A stretch of DNA of 64,000 nucleotides from a virus (IMGVR_UViG_3300043464_001836:32002-96001), one strand, 5' to 3'; shown: positions 46,187-55,900, counted from the first letter of the stretch. The notes: generated by a model from the sequence alone, not told the origin. Made by a program: numbers and translations.

Positions 46187-46352
46187 AAATTACATTTGAT
46201 TTTACTGTATGATTATTATATAATAGTCTGTAGCCTATAATAAGGCTAATAAGATATTACGTATAATTACAGGTTATGGGTGAAAAGGGTCGCTCCTCTG
46301 TCCTCTCCTCCAAGGACTAGCCCAGTTATTTGGCCACGGAGGTGGCTACACT

Positions 46353-47102
46353 ATGATTGAAGAAGAAATTTATAACCTTTTAGTCGAGCGGTTTGGGGTT
46401 AGCGAAGTCTTTTTACCAAAGAGAGGTAAAAAGAGACCTAGAACCATTACTTGGCTAGAATTTATTAAAGTAGTTCTACAGGTAGAACCAATGGCCCTAC
46501 CAAAGTTTTGTGGGTATTCTAATAGCAACTTTGGTACTGGTGTAAAAACATTGCATAGTGCTATAGTAAAGGAAAAAGGTAAAAGACAGTGGGCTCACTA
46601 CTTTCTAGCTTTGGTTGGCTATAAGAGATGTAGTGAATGTAAGATAATATTACCTGTAAAAACCTTTAACCGGAATACCCATAATACAGATGGCTTGCGA
46701 CCTAGCTGTAAAAATTGTGACGCCACTTATCGTAAGTCTAATAGGGCTAGTAAAAATGCGCTACAGGTTGTCTATTATAAGGCAAATAAAGAGCGTTATA
46801 GAGTTCTTAACAAAAAGTGGCGAGAATCTAATAAAGACCGTATTAAAGAGTACTGTGAAAAGAATAGACATATATTTGCAGCATATGCTGCAAAACGCAG
46901 AGCAATTAAGCTACAAGCAACCCCCAATTGGGCAAACCTCATAACTATAAAACAAATTTATGAAACGTGCCCTGATGGCTATCACGTAGACCATATAGTT
47001 CCTTTACAGAATCCTTTAGTATGTGGCCTTCATTGTGAGTTCAACCTTCAACATCTACCTGCCCTAGAAAACCTAACTAAGAGTAATAAATTTGAAATAT
47101 AG
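46353..47102 (+). CDS. HNH homing endonuclease (family 1 paralog)
   Basis: Shared N- and C-terminal modules. Conserved structured leader 46278..46352. Confidence 0.8.
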   Translation: MIEEEIYNLLVERFGVSEVFLPKRGKKRPRTITWLEFIKVVLQVEPMALPKFCGYSNSNFGTGVKTLHSAIVKEKGKRQWAHYFLALVGYKRCSECKIILPVKTFNRNTHNTDGLRPSCKNCDATYRKSNRASKNALQVVYYKANKERYRVLNKKWRESNKDRIKEYCEKNRHIFAAYAAKRRAIKLQATPNWANLITIKQIYETCPDGYHVDHIVPLQNPLVCGLHCEFNLQHLPALENLTKSNKFEI

Positions 47103-47204
47103 TAATAATATTCCCAATAGTCTATGGGATGACGAAACACTACAGATTTGGGGCTTTACCGGCTCTGAACTTAAAGAGCTTAAAGAAAAACTGGAGATTG
47201 AATA

Positions 47205-47564
47205 ATGCAAATTACTGGTCTAAAGCAAGAGTATAATGTGTGTACCTATGGTTTTTACGCAACCATAGAACTGCGCGTATCTGAGGAAGAGTTACTAGCA
47301 GTAGCTGAGCTAGCAGAAGTGGGTAAAGAAGTCTCTCTAGTAGAGAAGCAGCCTGTAGAGAACCTAGCACAAAAGCTGCGTAAGTCTCAGTATGAGAAGT
47401 TCTGTACGAAGGCACTAAAACTTATAGAAGCTCAGGTAGAGTCTTTCTCTTCTACCTTCGCAGTCTACGATAAACTCCTTCAACAGTATGTTGACGTCTT
47501 CTTTACTAGTAGGGGTTTCAGAGTTTCTCAGGTTAGAGACCATGAAGCAAAGGTGAGCTGGTAA
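47205..47564 (+). CDS. hypothetical protein
   Basis: ORF. Confidence 0.4.
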   Translation: MQITGLKQEYNVCTYGFYATIELRVSEEELLAVAELAEVGKEVSLVEKQPVENLAQKLRKSQYEKFCTKALKLIEAQVESFSSTFAVYDKLLQQYVDVFFTSRGFRVSQVRDHEAKVSW

Positions 47565-47764
47565 TGCTAGGAAGCGTAGTATTTATCGTAGCACTAACAC
47601 TATCTAGTGGTGAACACTATCAAGTGCCTACTCAATTCTTTGACAACCAAGTTCAGTGTATGGATGCAGCTATGACCCTAAGCTACACATACCGTAGAGC
47701 TGACCTAAAGAGCTATAGTTTGAAGTGTCTAAAGACTGTACCTGAAGTCGAAGAGAAAGAGTAA
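47564..47764 (+). CDS. hypothetical secreted/membrane protein
   Basis: N-terminal hydrophobic segment. Confidence 0.35.
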   Translation: MLGSVVFIVALTLSSGEHYQVPTQFFDNQVQCMDAAMTLSYTYRRADLKSYSLKCLKTVPEVEEKE

Positions 47765-47811
47765 AGTAACCTCTACAACCCCAAACTGCAATAACCTCTA
47801 AAGGATATGAT

Positions 47812-48108
47812 ATGGGAATGCGACCTGAACTACTTCTAGTACTAGAGTTTGATGACTCTATGGAAAGTATAGTTGACTTGTTTAAGATGGAAGATGAGGA
47901 AGATATTTATCTAGACCTTCCTAATAGTAATTGGTACACTAATAGTAGTAACCTAGAAATTTCTAGGAATTACTTAGCATTCGGTGTATTCTACGGTTGG
48001 GGTGAGGAACACGACCCCAAACAGTTAACCATAGCACTTAAAGATGCTAACTTCCTAGCAGAGTTCCTAACTAATCCTAGAGTCTACTGTACAATGAACT
48101 TCTGTTAA
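47812..48108 (+). CDS. hypothetical protein
   Basis: ORF. Confidence 0.35.
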   Translation: MGMRPELLLVLEFDDSMESIVDLFKMEDEEDIYLDLPNSNWYTNSSNLEISRNYLAFGVFYGWGEEHDPKQLTIALKDANFLAEFLTNPRVYCTMNFC

Positions 48109-48303
48109 CCCAAAGCCTCAAGCCTACGAAATAATGGGCTTGAGGCTTTACTTATTAAAAAGTACACTTGATTTTTATACCTAGCGTGTCGTATAATAAG
48201 TTTGTGAGCTAAAAGAATTTATATAGTTAAGGGCGAAAAGGGTAGCTCCCCTGGTCAACTCACAGACCTAGCCCAGGTATTACGACACAGTGAGGTGTCT
48301 TAA

Positions 48304-49023
48304 ATGATAGAAGAAATTTATACTGCTCTAGTTGAGCAGTTTGGGGTTGGAGTAGTATTCTTACCTAAGTATAGAAAGAATAGAGTTAAGGACATAACTT
48401 GGCTAGAGTTTATCGAAGCTGCTTTAGAAATAAGTACAGAAGAGCTATATAAGTATTGTGGTTACTCTGAGGCTACTAATTTTAGTAGAGGTTTAAGGCA
48501 AGCATACCCACATATAATAAAAGAAAAAGGTGGTAGACCTTGGAGATTATATCTCCCTACACTAGTACATAAGAGGCACTGCTGTTCCTGTGGTAGGTTG
48601 CTAGAGTATATTAATTTTAGTCCAGATAGTACAAAGAAAGATGGTTTACACTCTGAATGTAAATCCTGTAAGTTAGAGTATTACAAAGGTAACAAAAACC
48701 ATATTTTAGATAGACAGAGATACTACCGGCAAGCTAATACTGAACTTATTAAAGAGAGGCATAAAGAGTACTATAGTAATAACAAGTACCTATTTAATGC
48801 AAGAAATGCTAAGCGTAGAGCAACTAAACTACAGGCGACCCCAAATTGGGCAAACCTCATAACTATAAAACAAATTTATGAAACGTGCCCTTCTGGGTAC
48901 CATGTAGACCATATAGTTCCGTTACAGCATGACTTAGTGTGTGGCCTTCATTGTGAATTTAATCTTCAACATTTAACAGCTAAAGAAAACTTAAGTAAAG
49001 GTAATAAATTTGAGGTAGATTGA
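48304..49023 (+). CDS. HNH homing endonuclease (family 1 paralog)
   Basis: Shared modules. Conserved leader 48230..48303. Confidence 0.8.
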   Translation: MIEEIYTALVEQFGVGVVFLPKYRKNRVKDITWLEFIEAALEISTEELYKYCGYSEATNFSRGLRQAYPHIIKEKGGRPWRLYLPTLVHKRHCCSCGRLLEYINFSPDSTKKDGLHSECKSCKLEYYKGNKNHILDRQRYYRQANTELIKERHKEYYSNNKYLFNARNAKRRATKLQATPNWANLITIKQIYETCPSGYHVDHIVPLQHDLVCGLHCEFNLQHLTAKENLSKGNKFEVD

Positions 49024-49155
49024 GGTAGACTTAGATAAGCCCTGGGATTCTTTAGGATTCTAGGGCTTTTGCATTACTACGCTATAATTTTAAGCTTACT
49101 TTACCTACTTAATTACTTTATAATTACTTTATTGGTATAGCTTATAGGAACAAAA

Positions 49156-49380
49156 GTGGAAAGCATTCTGGTTGATGGTAGGAAGTATAAGTACCGTATA
49201 GTTAAAGAAGGCGGTATGTTCAAGTGGTTTATTATAGTGTATGAAGGTGGTTTTAATTACTACATTCCTATCACTCTCGATAATGATTATTTATATAATA
49301 AATATGGGGATAGTCCTGGTGGCCAAGCAGAGGTTGCTGAAAAGATTAAAGACTATTTCGCTGAGGAGCATTACATATGA
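49156..49380 (+). CDS. hypothetical protein
   Basis: ORF. Confidence 0.35.
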   Translation: MESILVDGRKYKYRIVKEGGMFKWFIIVYEGGFNYYIPITLDNDYLYNKYGDSPGGQAEVAEKIKDYFAEEHYI

Positions 49381-49547
49381 TTAAGATTACTGTTGTTGCT
49401 AAACCTGTCGAAACTATCACTTGTACTGGGTGTCTTAGAGAGCTCTATCCTGGTTGTTCAAATGAGGATGTTGATTTCCTAGTAAATCTAGGACTACCTA
49501 GCTGTCATGACGGTTATATTTACATCCTGGAGAAGAAAGATGATTAA
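49377..49547 (+). CDS. small Cys-motif protein, family member 2
   Basis: CTGC...C...LGLPSC..GYIYILEKKDD. Not in the track (56 aa). Confidence 0.4.
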   Translation: MIKITVVAKPVETITCTGCLRELYPGCSNEDVDFLVNLGLPSCHDGYIYILEKKDD

Positions 49548-49737
49548 AACTGTAAATATTGTAGCAAAGCCTTCTGGTAGGAATAGCTGTGGAGGCTGCC
49601 TCCTGATGGGTATTGGCTGCTCATCTATGGTTGGTGACCACTTTGAAGACCCTAGGGTTGATTTCGTTTTCAGTCTAGGACTTCCTGATTGTGTTCTAGG
49701 GTACATTTACGTTTTGGAGAAGAAAGATGAAGTTTAA
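49540..49737 (+). CDS. small Cys-motif protein, family member 3
   Basis: CGGC...C...LGLPDC..GYIYVLEKKDE. Tandem with member 2. Confidence 0.4.
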   Translation: MIKTVNIVAKPSGRNSCGGCLLMGIGCSSMVGDHFEDPRVDFVFSLGLPDCVLGYIYVLEKKDEV

Positions 49738-49936
49738 GATTTACATTATCAATGAGGCTGGAGAGCAGGTTAGGTATAAACCTAATAAAGGAGAAATGCT
49801 AGTAATGAACTCTCAAGGGGTTTACTTTGTTTATAACAACGAACCATTCTACCCCTCTATTACTAGACTATACGATAAGATTGGGAACTATATAGTAGTT
49901 TGGGAGAAAGAAAAGCTACTTGAGGTTCTTAAATAG
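49727..49936 (+). CDS. hypothetical protein
   Basis: ORF. Confidence 0.35.
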   Translation: MKFKIYIINEAGEQVRYKPNKGEMLVMNSQGVYFVYNNEPFYPSITRLYDKIGNYIVVWEKEKLLEVLK

Positions 49937-49998
49937 TTTCAACCTCTAAAGTTTGGGGTCGAATGCTTTAACGAAATACTCTATAATTACTTTATTGA

Positions 49999-50295
49999 AT
50001 GGAGAACGAAATGGAATTCCTTAAACTACTTATTAAAGACTTGAAAGATACTTTCACTGGTAACTCTCCCAAAGTACCTGAAAAAACTTATGCTGAAATG
50101 GTTAGGGAGATTCATGTTCAACGGTTCTGTGAAGGTTTGCTACTCAGCATTGAATACGATAAGTCTGGTGATATGCAGCGTGATGTTCGTATTGAGGATG
50201 CATCTTTACGAGAGCGGACAATTAATTTTCTAAATGAAAAGGGTTTTATTGTCAAAGTATTTCATGCTTCTAAAACTATTCAAGTTAAATGGTGA
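49999..50295 (+). CDS. hypothetical protein
   Basis: Same promoter/ATGGAGAACG leader as the Cys-motif family. Confidence 0.35.
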   Translation: MENEMEFLKLLIKDLKDTFTGNSPKVPEKTYAEMVREIHVQRFCEGLLLSIEYDKSGDMQRDVRIEDASLRERTINFLNEKGFIVKVFHASKTIQVKW

Positions 50296-50675
50296 AACCA
50301 ATGCTATATTTAATTCGCGGTGTGCCCGGTTCTGGTAAGTCTACAAAGGCTAGAGAACTACTAGAACAAGGGCTAGCTACTGTTCATCTAGAAGCTGATA
50401 TGTATTTTGAAGATGAAGAAGGTAACTATAAGTTTGAGCCTACTAAGATTGGTAGAGCACATAGCTGGTGTTTGTACCTTACTAGAAAGCACTTAGAAGA
50501 AGGGCACAACGTAGTTGTCTCTAATACCTTTATTAAGCGTTGGGAACTAGCTAAGTATGTTGCACTAGGATTTCCTTATGAGATCATTGAGTGTAAAGGT
50601 AGCTACGAGAGTGTACACGGTGTTCCGGCTGAAGTTGTTGCTAGAATGAAAGCTAACTATCAAGAGCTTGAGTAA
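50289..50675 (+). CDS. Polynucleotide 5-prime-kinase, kinase domain only (T4 Pnk N-domain-like)
   Basis: P-loop GVPGSGKSTKARE aligns with the T4 Pnk GCPGSGKSTWARE block. Pnk-like residues follow downstream. 128 aa, no phosphatase domain. Confidence 0.55.
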   Translation: MVKPMLYLIRGVPGSGKSTKARELLEQGLATVHLEADMYFEDEEGNYKFEPTKIGRAHSWCLYLTRKHLEEGHNVVVSNTFIKRWELAKYVALGFPYEIIECKGSYESVHGVPAEVVARMKANYQELE

Positions 50676-50716
50676 CACTTTCTACAATTAACACTTTCTA
50701 CAATTTGGGGTAAGAG

Positions 50717-50911
50717 ATGATTAAGATTTATTACTGGTGTGATGGTTGCTGGTGTTACTACAATGAGATTGGTCAGATGAGCCATAAGTCTGATGACTAC
50801 GCTACCCTAGAAGTACCTGATGAGTTTTGTGATCTAGAAATTGATGCGCTAGTTCATGATTTAGTAGCTAAAGAAGTGCTATCATTTGCAGAACTGTTTC
50901 ATAACCTCTAA
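50717..50911 (+). CDS. hypothetical protein
   Basis: ORF. Confidence 0.3.
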   Translation: MIKIYYWCDGCWCYYNEIGQMSHKSDDYATLEVPDEFCDLEIDALVHDLVAKEVLSFAELFHNL

Positions 50912-50974
50912 AACTTAAGAGCTTAAGTTTGGGGTTAACTTTTCTAGTAAAACCTTCTATAATTATTTCTTTGA

Positions 50975-51277
50975 ATGGAGAACGCAATGAAGAAGCATAA
51001 AGAACTAGTAATTGCTTGGCTTAACGGGGCTAAGATTCAGTATAGGCATAATGGCTGTGGTTGGACTGATATTGATGAGCCTAACTGGATAGAAAATATG
51101 GAGTATCAAGTTAAGCCATCCTACACTGAGGAAGTTAAGATTAAAGCAGTAGAAGGTGCTTACTGTGGTGGATGCATCTTTGAAGATCAGATGGTTTGTG
51201 GTTCCCTCATTACCACTATGGAGCTACTAGGACTTCCTAGCTGTCGTGAAGAGGCTATTCACTATGAAACTAATTAA
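50975..51277 (+). CDS. small Cys-motif protein, family member 4
   Basis: CGGC...C...LGLPSC motif. About 40 percent identical to member 1. Confidence 0.45.
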   Translation: MENAMKKHKELVIAWLNGAKIQYRHNGCGWTDIDEPNWIENMEYQVKPSYTEEVKIKAVEGAYCGGCIFEDQMVCGSLITTMELLGLPSCREEAIHYETN

Positions 51278-51536
51278 AGATTTTTTGCAGCGTAGACGTA
51301 ATGCACTTAAAGTAATAAAAGAGGTTGAAGCTGGTTTGTGGGAGCGCTATAGCACTATAGGTAGTAATGCAATGCAACTACATAAAGAAGACTGGCGGCT
51401 ACATATCGCTAATAAAACTGCTTTTCTATATAATTCTAAATACAACACAGAATCAATGCTAGGTGATTTTTGGGGTAGGTTTGTTTATGCCGTCTTGTGC
51501 AAAAAGCCTGTTAAGCCTAGCGCACCTGTTTACTAG
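51246..51536 (+). CDS. hypothetical protein
   Basis: ORF. Confidence 0.35.
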   Translation: MKRLFTMKLIKDFLQRRRNALKVIKEVEAGLWERYSTIGSNAMQLHKEDWRLHIANKTAFLYNSKYNTESMLGDFWGRFVYAVLCKKPVKPSAPVY

Positions 51537-51636
51537 AACATAAGTTTAACAATACGCAAGTTTAACCAATTTCACAACTAGAAGTTTACGGTTTACCAAT
51601 TCAACAGTTAGAAGTTTACGGTTTGGGGTCAAGAGA

Positions 51637-52416
51637 ATGAAGCCACTAGTAATGAAGAAAGAACATAACGGATTGACCATGCTTAAGTACTCTAAGCGAG
51701 TGTTCTGGGACAATCTATGGAACGATGAATTAATTGAGTGTCGTGGGCGGGTTGTTGACTCTGAAGGTAACGTAGTAGTAAACCCGTTCACCAAGGTTTT
51801 CAACTATCTAGAAAATGATACCAAAGTTCCACTAGACGAAGTTGTACTAGCAGTTGAAAAGATTAACGGTTTTATGGCAGCTCTTACGTGGCATGACGAA
51901 GCGTGGCTAGTAACGACTACTGGTTCTTTCGACTCTAAGTACGTTGAAATTGCTAAGCGTTACATTGGAGATTCTGGGCTACCTGAGCTAAATGGTGTTA
52001 CTTATTTGTTTGAGATTGTAGCGCCGGAAGATCCTCATATTATTCCTGAGCTAGAAGGAGCTTATCTACTAGGATACCGTACCGCTGGTTCACTAGTATA
52101 CACCTCTTATCTAGAAAAGGAAAAGAAGCTAGACTCACTAGCACGACAGTTTGGATATAAGCGTCCTAAGTACTTTCAGGCTACGTTTGGTGAGGTACTA
52201 GAGTTATCTAAGAAAGTTAGGCATGAGGGTTTTTGCATCTATGGTTCTGTTAACTTCAAGCTAAAGTCACCTTGGTATCTACAGTCTAAAGCTATTGCAC
52301 GCTCTAACCGTCGTCTAGCTCTTGACGAAGAGTTCTCTCAAATGCTCCTAGAAATGCCTAAGGTCTTGGGTGAGCAAGAGCGACTAGAGTTCATTCGTAA
52401 CTACTTTAAGGTCTAG
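51637..52416 (+). CDS. RNA ligase, Rnl1 family (T4 RnlA-like), short form
   Basis: LIECRGRVVDSEGNVV...NPFTKVFNYLEN aligns with T4 Rnl1 ALECRGIMFEMDGEKPV...NPFT. Motif I region AVEKINGFMAAL aligns with T4 LTKEDGSLVS. Confidence 0.55.
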   Translation: MKPLVMKKEHNGLTMLKYSKRVFWDNLWNDELIECRGRVVDSEGNVVVNPFTKVFNYLENDTKVPLDEVVLAVEKINGFMAALTWHDEAWLVTTTGSFDSKYVEIAKRYIGDSGLPELNGVTYLFEIVAPEDPHIIPELEGAYLLGYRTAGSLVYTSYLEKEKKLDSLARQFGYKRPKYFQATFGEVLELSKKVRHEGFCIYGSVNFKLKSPWYLQSKAIARSNRRLALDEEFSQMLLEMPKVLGEQERLEFIRNYFKV

Positions 52417-53532
52417 AAATGGAAATAGAAATGGAATTAGAAAGTGTTACTGACCCCAAACTGCAAATCTTTAACTTGGAACCGTTAAGAGTGCTTTCCC
52501 CAAACCGTAAAAGGTGATTAAACTGTAAAATCTAGTTCACTAGAAAACCTAAATGAACTAGAAAGATTGGCCCTGGCTGTTGTAGCTAGGGCTTTTTCTT
52601 TGGTTCTAGGTGGTTTCGACTGTTAAAGCAGTTTGATAAGTTTGGGGTGGGATACAACTAGTCGAACTCTCGATTTTTCCAGTTTGGGGTGACTTTTAAT
52701 GAAGCGAAAAAATACACTTGAACATCGAGCGAATTTTCCGATAAAAATATAGGTGAGATTTTCTGATTTAGATGTGGTAGGAAAATGCGAAAACAGCGAA
52801 AAATAAATTTTGATAATGTCCCTCGCTACGGTTTTCCCAGTTTGGGGTCCACGTTTGCTATCGTTTCTACACTGAAAAATTGCTTGAGAAAAAAAAATAT
52901 TGTTTTTGTAGTGACAGGAGTGTATAATGTTAGGAACAGAACGACAGATGCGCTGCTTTAGAGAAACAGCAGATAGGTTTTTTCACCATGGATAAAAGGC
53001 CTATCTGCTCTATAAAGTCTAAAGCAAGCGCATCTGTACACGAGGGCGAAGCTGTAATTATTAAAATCAAAGAAAAAAAGACGTAAAATAAGAATGTTTC
53101 GGGTTTTTACCGTTTTCCGTTGATTTTAAGCGAACTGAGCCACCCCTTCTCAAGCGGTTTCTAGAGAAAAGAATTTCTAGAAATGTTAAATTAATATTCT
53201 CCAGCCCTTTCTAATTCCTAGAAAGGTAATTTCTTGATATATTTAGGTTTTTTCGACTTTTTGGAATTTTGATTTCTACAATTTGGGGTCAGAAAAGCGC
53301 AGAACCAGTTTGACCCCAAACCGCAAGGGTTTCTAATCCGCTTTTGACCCCAAACTGGAAAAATCGGTCAAACCTATAAAGTTTGTGCTATCTAGTGTGT
53401 AATTTTGAGGTTGAAAGTCTCTACAGTTTGGGGTAAAATATTATTTAAGATGTAAGTGGGTGAGGACTGTGGTTTGTAAGTTCTTATTACCACTTAAAAT
53501 AATACCAAACCAAGTCAGTAAAGGAAACAAAA

Positions 53533-54422
53533 TGAAGCAGAGTAATTCAAAACAGCAAAGTAACCTAGCCTCACTAGAAGTAGACTTCTTACGTGCGGCT
53601 TTAGAAAATCCAAGTCTAATTAAGACTAACGATAAAGACTGGTTAACACACATTAAGCCAGTAGTAACGGCAGCACGCCCTACTATAGAAATTAATAAAA
53701 ATACTAGACTTTCTATGGAGCAACTTTTTAGCTTCTTAGGTACATCTAAAGTCCTAGAAGGAGGTTATACTACAGAGCAAGTACGCCTAGTTTACAGGAT
53801 TCTAGCTACGCACAACCGCTCAGATTACGTAGTGTCACAAAGTAAAAATACACAACACTCTTCTGCGGTACCTATTATCATGGCTGCTTACAGAGATAAG
53901 TACCAGATTAAGTACTCTAGTTGGATTCACGACCATATTGGAATGTCTAACGCTATTTTAGGTAAAACCCTATCCGAGGTTCTAGAGGTTAAAGAATACC
54001 TAGATTCACTAGGTAAGCAAGCAAAGCGTGCTCAAAAAACCTACGACACGGAGATGGGAGATAGTGAGTATGAAGACATGCTAGGCATTGAATCTCCTAG
54101 CCATGAGCCTATTGATGTATTTGACTTTGACTTTAGAGTGGACCTAAAGAATAGAGCCACCAAAAACGGTTCTATTCTAGATACTGGATATGCAACAATT
54201 AAGCGAGTATTCAAACCTGACCACCCACTAGGGTCGGAGTTTTTATCCAAGTTCTACTGGCACATGCTAACGCAGACATGGATTTTCTCACCAAGTATTC
54301 GCCACCGTGACATGATTACTAATTTGCAGGATTTTGATGTACTAGATCCTTCATTGACACCTCTAACAAACTTAGAGGATAAGTCCAACCCTAGCAAGAA
54401 AAGCTCTTTACTAGATTGGTAA
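53533..54422 (+). CDS. hypothetical protein (about 296 aa) embedded in the repeat-rich zone
   Basis: ORF with ribosome-binding site AAGGAAACAAAATG. A rho-independent terminator follows. Confidence 0.45.
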
Positions 54423-54424
54423 CA

Positions 54425-54452
54425 AAAAAGCCGCTAAATAGCGGCTTTTTGC
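54425..54452 (+). terminator. Rho-independent terminator
   Basis: AAAAAAGCCGCTAAATAGCGGCTTTTTGC. Confidence 0.65.
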
Positions 54453-54628
54453 ATTTCTTGACCCCAAACCGTAGAAATCTGACAAATTGACCACAAACCA
54501 AGACATTTTAGAGGTTTTTGTGACTTTTTGTGGGTATTTGAAACTTGTGAGATTTTAGTAACTTTTGAGGTTTGGGGTAAACGGTTCAGCAGTTTTTCCA
54601 GTTTGGGGTAAGGCTTATAAATACACGG

Positions 54629-54658
54629 TTGACAATTATTGCTGTGGAGATGTATAAT
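54629..54658 (+). promoter_or_regulatory. Consensus sigma70 promoter (TTGACA, 18-nt spacer, TATAAT)
   Basis: TTGACAattattgctgtggagatgTATAAT. Confidence 0.6.
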
Positions 54659-54664
54659 AGGCGC

Positions 54665-54750
54665 CGTGTTGAATTTAGCGCAAAACTTACGACTTATAAC
54701 TTATAACTTATAACTTACAAGTCGTAAGCTGCTGGGTTTTTCCCCCAAAC
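54665..54750 (+). ncRNA. candidate small RNA: long hairpin (CTTACGACTT...AAGTCGTAAG) followed by a T-run
   Basis: Transcript predicted from the promoter at 54629. Ten-bp stem with a 23-nt (TAACTTA)n loop, then GGTTTTTCCCCC. Confidence 0.35.
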
Positions 54751-54858
54751 CGCAGAAACTGCTCAACCCCAGAATCTTGACCCTAAACTGGAGAACTTGC
54801 TGAGGTGTGGGTGTTGCATAGGTCACTACAGTTTGGGGTCAGGCACAGTAATTTGCGG

Positions 54859-54888
54859 TTGATTTTATACTATACGGAGATGTATAAT
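54859..54888 (+). promoter_or_regulatory. Near-consensus sigma70 promoter (TTGATT, 18-nt spacer, TATAAT)
   Basis: TTGATTttatactatacggagatgTATAAT. Confidence 0.55.
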
Positions 54889-54894
54889 GGGCGC

Positions 54895-54978
54895 CGAGTG
54901 GAATTTAACGCAAAACTTACGACTTATAAGTTATGAGTTACAACTTATAAGTCGTAAGTTTTGCGTTTTTACCCCAAA
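54895..54978 (+). ncRNA. candidate small RNA, paralog of 54665..54750
   Basis: Same hairpin (CTTACGACTTATAAG...CTTATAAGTCGTAAG) and T-run. Confidence 0.35.
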
Positions 54979-54999
54979 CCGCAGAAACTGCAGAAACTT

Positions 55000-55428
55000 C
55001 TAGGATTTAGTAAGGTCCTTTAATTCCAGTAGTAGATAGTTAATATTACCTACCGCTTTAGCATGATCCTTTTCAATAATAACTGGATCTTGAAGTATTT
55101 TAACAAAGAACTTTATTAGTGCTATTACTTCCTCCATAGTACTTCTAGGGAATAAAAAGTTCCACATATCCTGTTCTTCCGGAGTTGTTAAAGTACTTAA
55201 AACATCTACTTGCAGTATCTTAGGCCCCTCTTCTGAGTCTTCCATAGTAAGAGGTTCGCCACTTAGATACTTCTTATATAAATCACTATCTTTAAAGAAG
55301 GGCTTAGTTTTAGCTTTAACGTAGTACTTTAGTGTACTCTCCGGGATACCTATAGTTTGCGCAATATCTCCCCAAGTGTACCCTTGTTCCCTAGCTAGAG
55401 ATACAAGCTGCTTAATTTTATCATCCAT
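55000..55428 (-). CDS. HTH DNA-binding protein
   Basis: N-terminal HTH YTWGDIAQTIGIPESTLKYYVK. Confidence 0.45.
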   Translation of the reverse strand: MDDKIKQLVSLAREQGYTWGDIAQTIGIPESTLKYYVKAKTKPFFKDSDLYKKYLSGEPLTMEDSEEGPKILQVDVLSTLTTPEEQDMWNFLFPRSTMEEVIALIKFFVKILQDPVIIEKDHAKAVGNINYLLLELKDLTKS

Positions 55429-55657
55429 TTCTTAATTCTCCTATTACTACACTTTTCTATAAACTTACAACTTATGACTCATAACTTACAACTTATAACT
55501 TATAACTTACAAGTCGTAAGTTAATATTTTACCCCAAACCGCTAACCTGTTCAACCTCAGATTTTTACCCTAAACCGCGGAAATTAGGTTAGTCGCTACA
55601 GTTTGGGGTTGCGGGGGACTGCTACAGTTAGTTCAGTTTGGGGTCAGGAATCTGGCC

Positions 55658-55687
55658 TTGATTTTACATGATGTGGAGAAGTATAAT
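55658..55687 (+). promoter_or_regulatory. Near-consensus sigma70 promoter (TTGATT, 18-nt spacer, TATAAT) reading into the GGCGC-repeat and 9-mer array region
   Basis: TTGATTttacatgatgtggagaagTATAAT. Confidence 0.55.
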
Positions 55688-55900
55688 TGGCGCAGACTAG
55701 TACTAGAAACGAATTTTGAGGTTGACTCGGTTTCGTACTGGCGGGCGCAGAGATAATACTGATGTTGTTTCGATTTTGCACTAGGGCGCGTAGATAATTT
55801 TGCGCTTGTTTCACTTTTTCACTGGGGCGCGTGGCAAGCTTAAAATTGTTTCGTCGATTTACTACTCAGGCGCGGCGAAGCCGCGCTGGCCCGGAGGGCC

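Noticed and set aside
54629-55690. Possible reading of the three promoter-hairpin units as tiny protein-coding genes
   Set aside because: No start codon with an RBS and no ORF longer than about 15 codons follows the promoters. The conserved feature is the palindrome plus T-run, not a reading frame.
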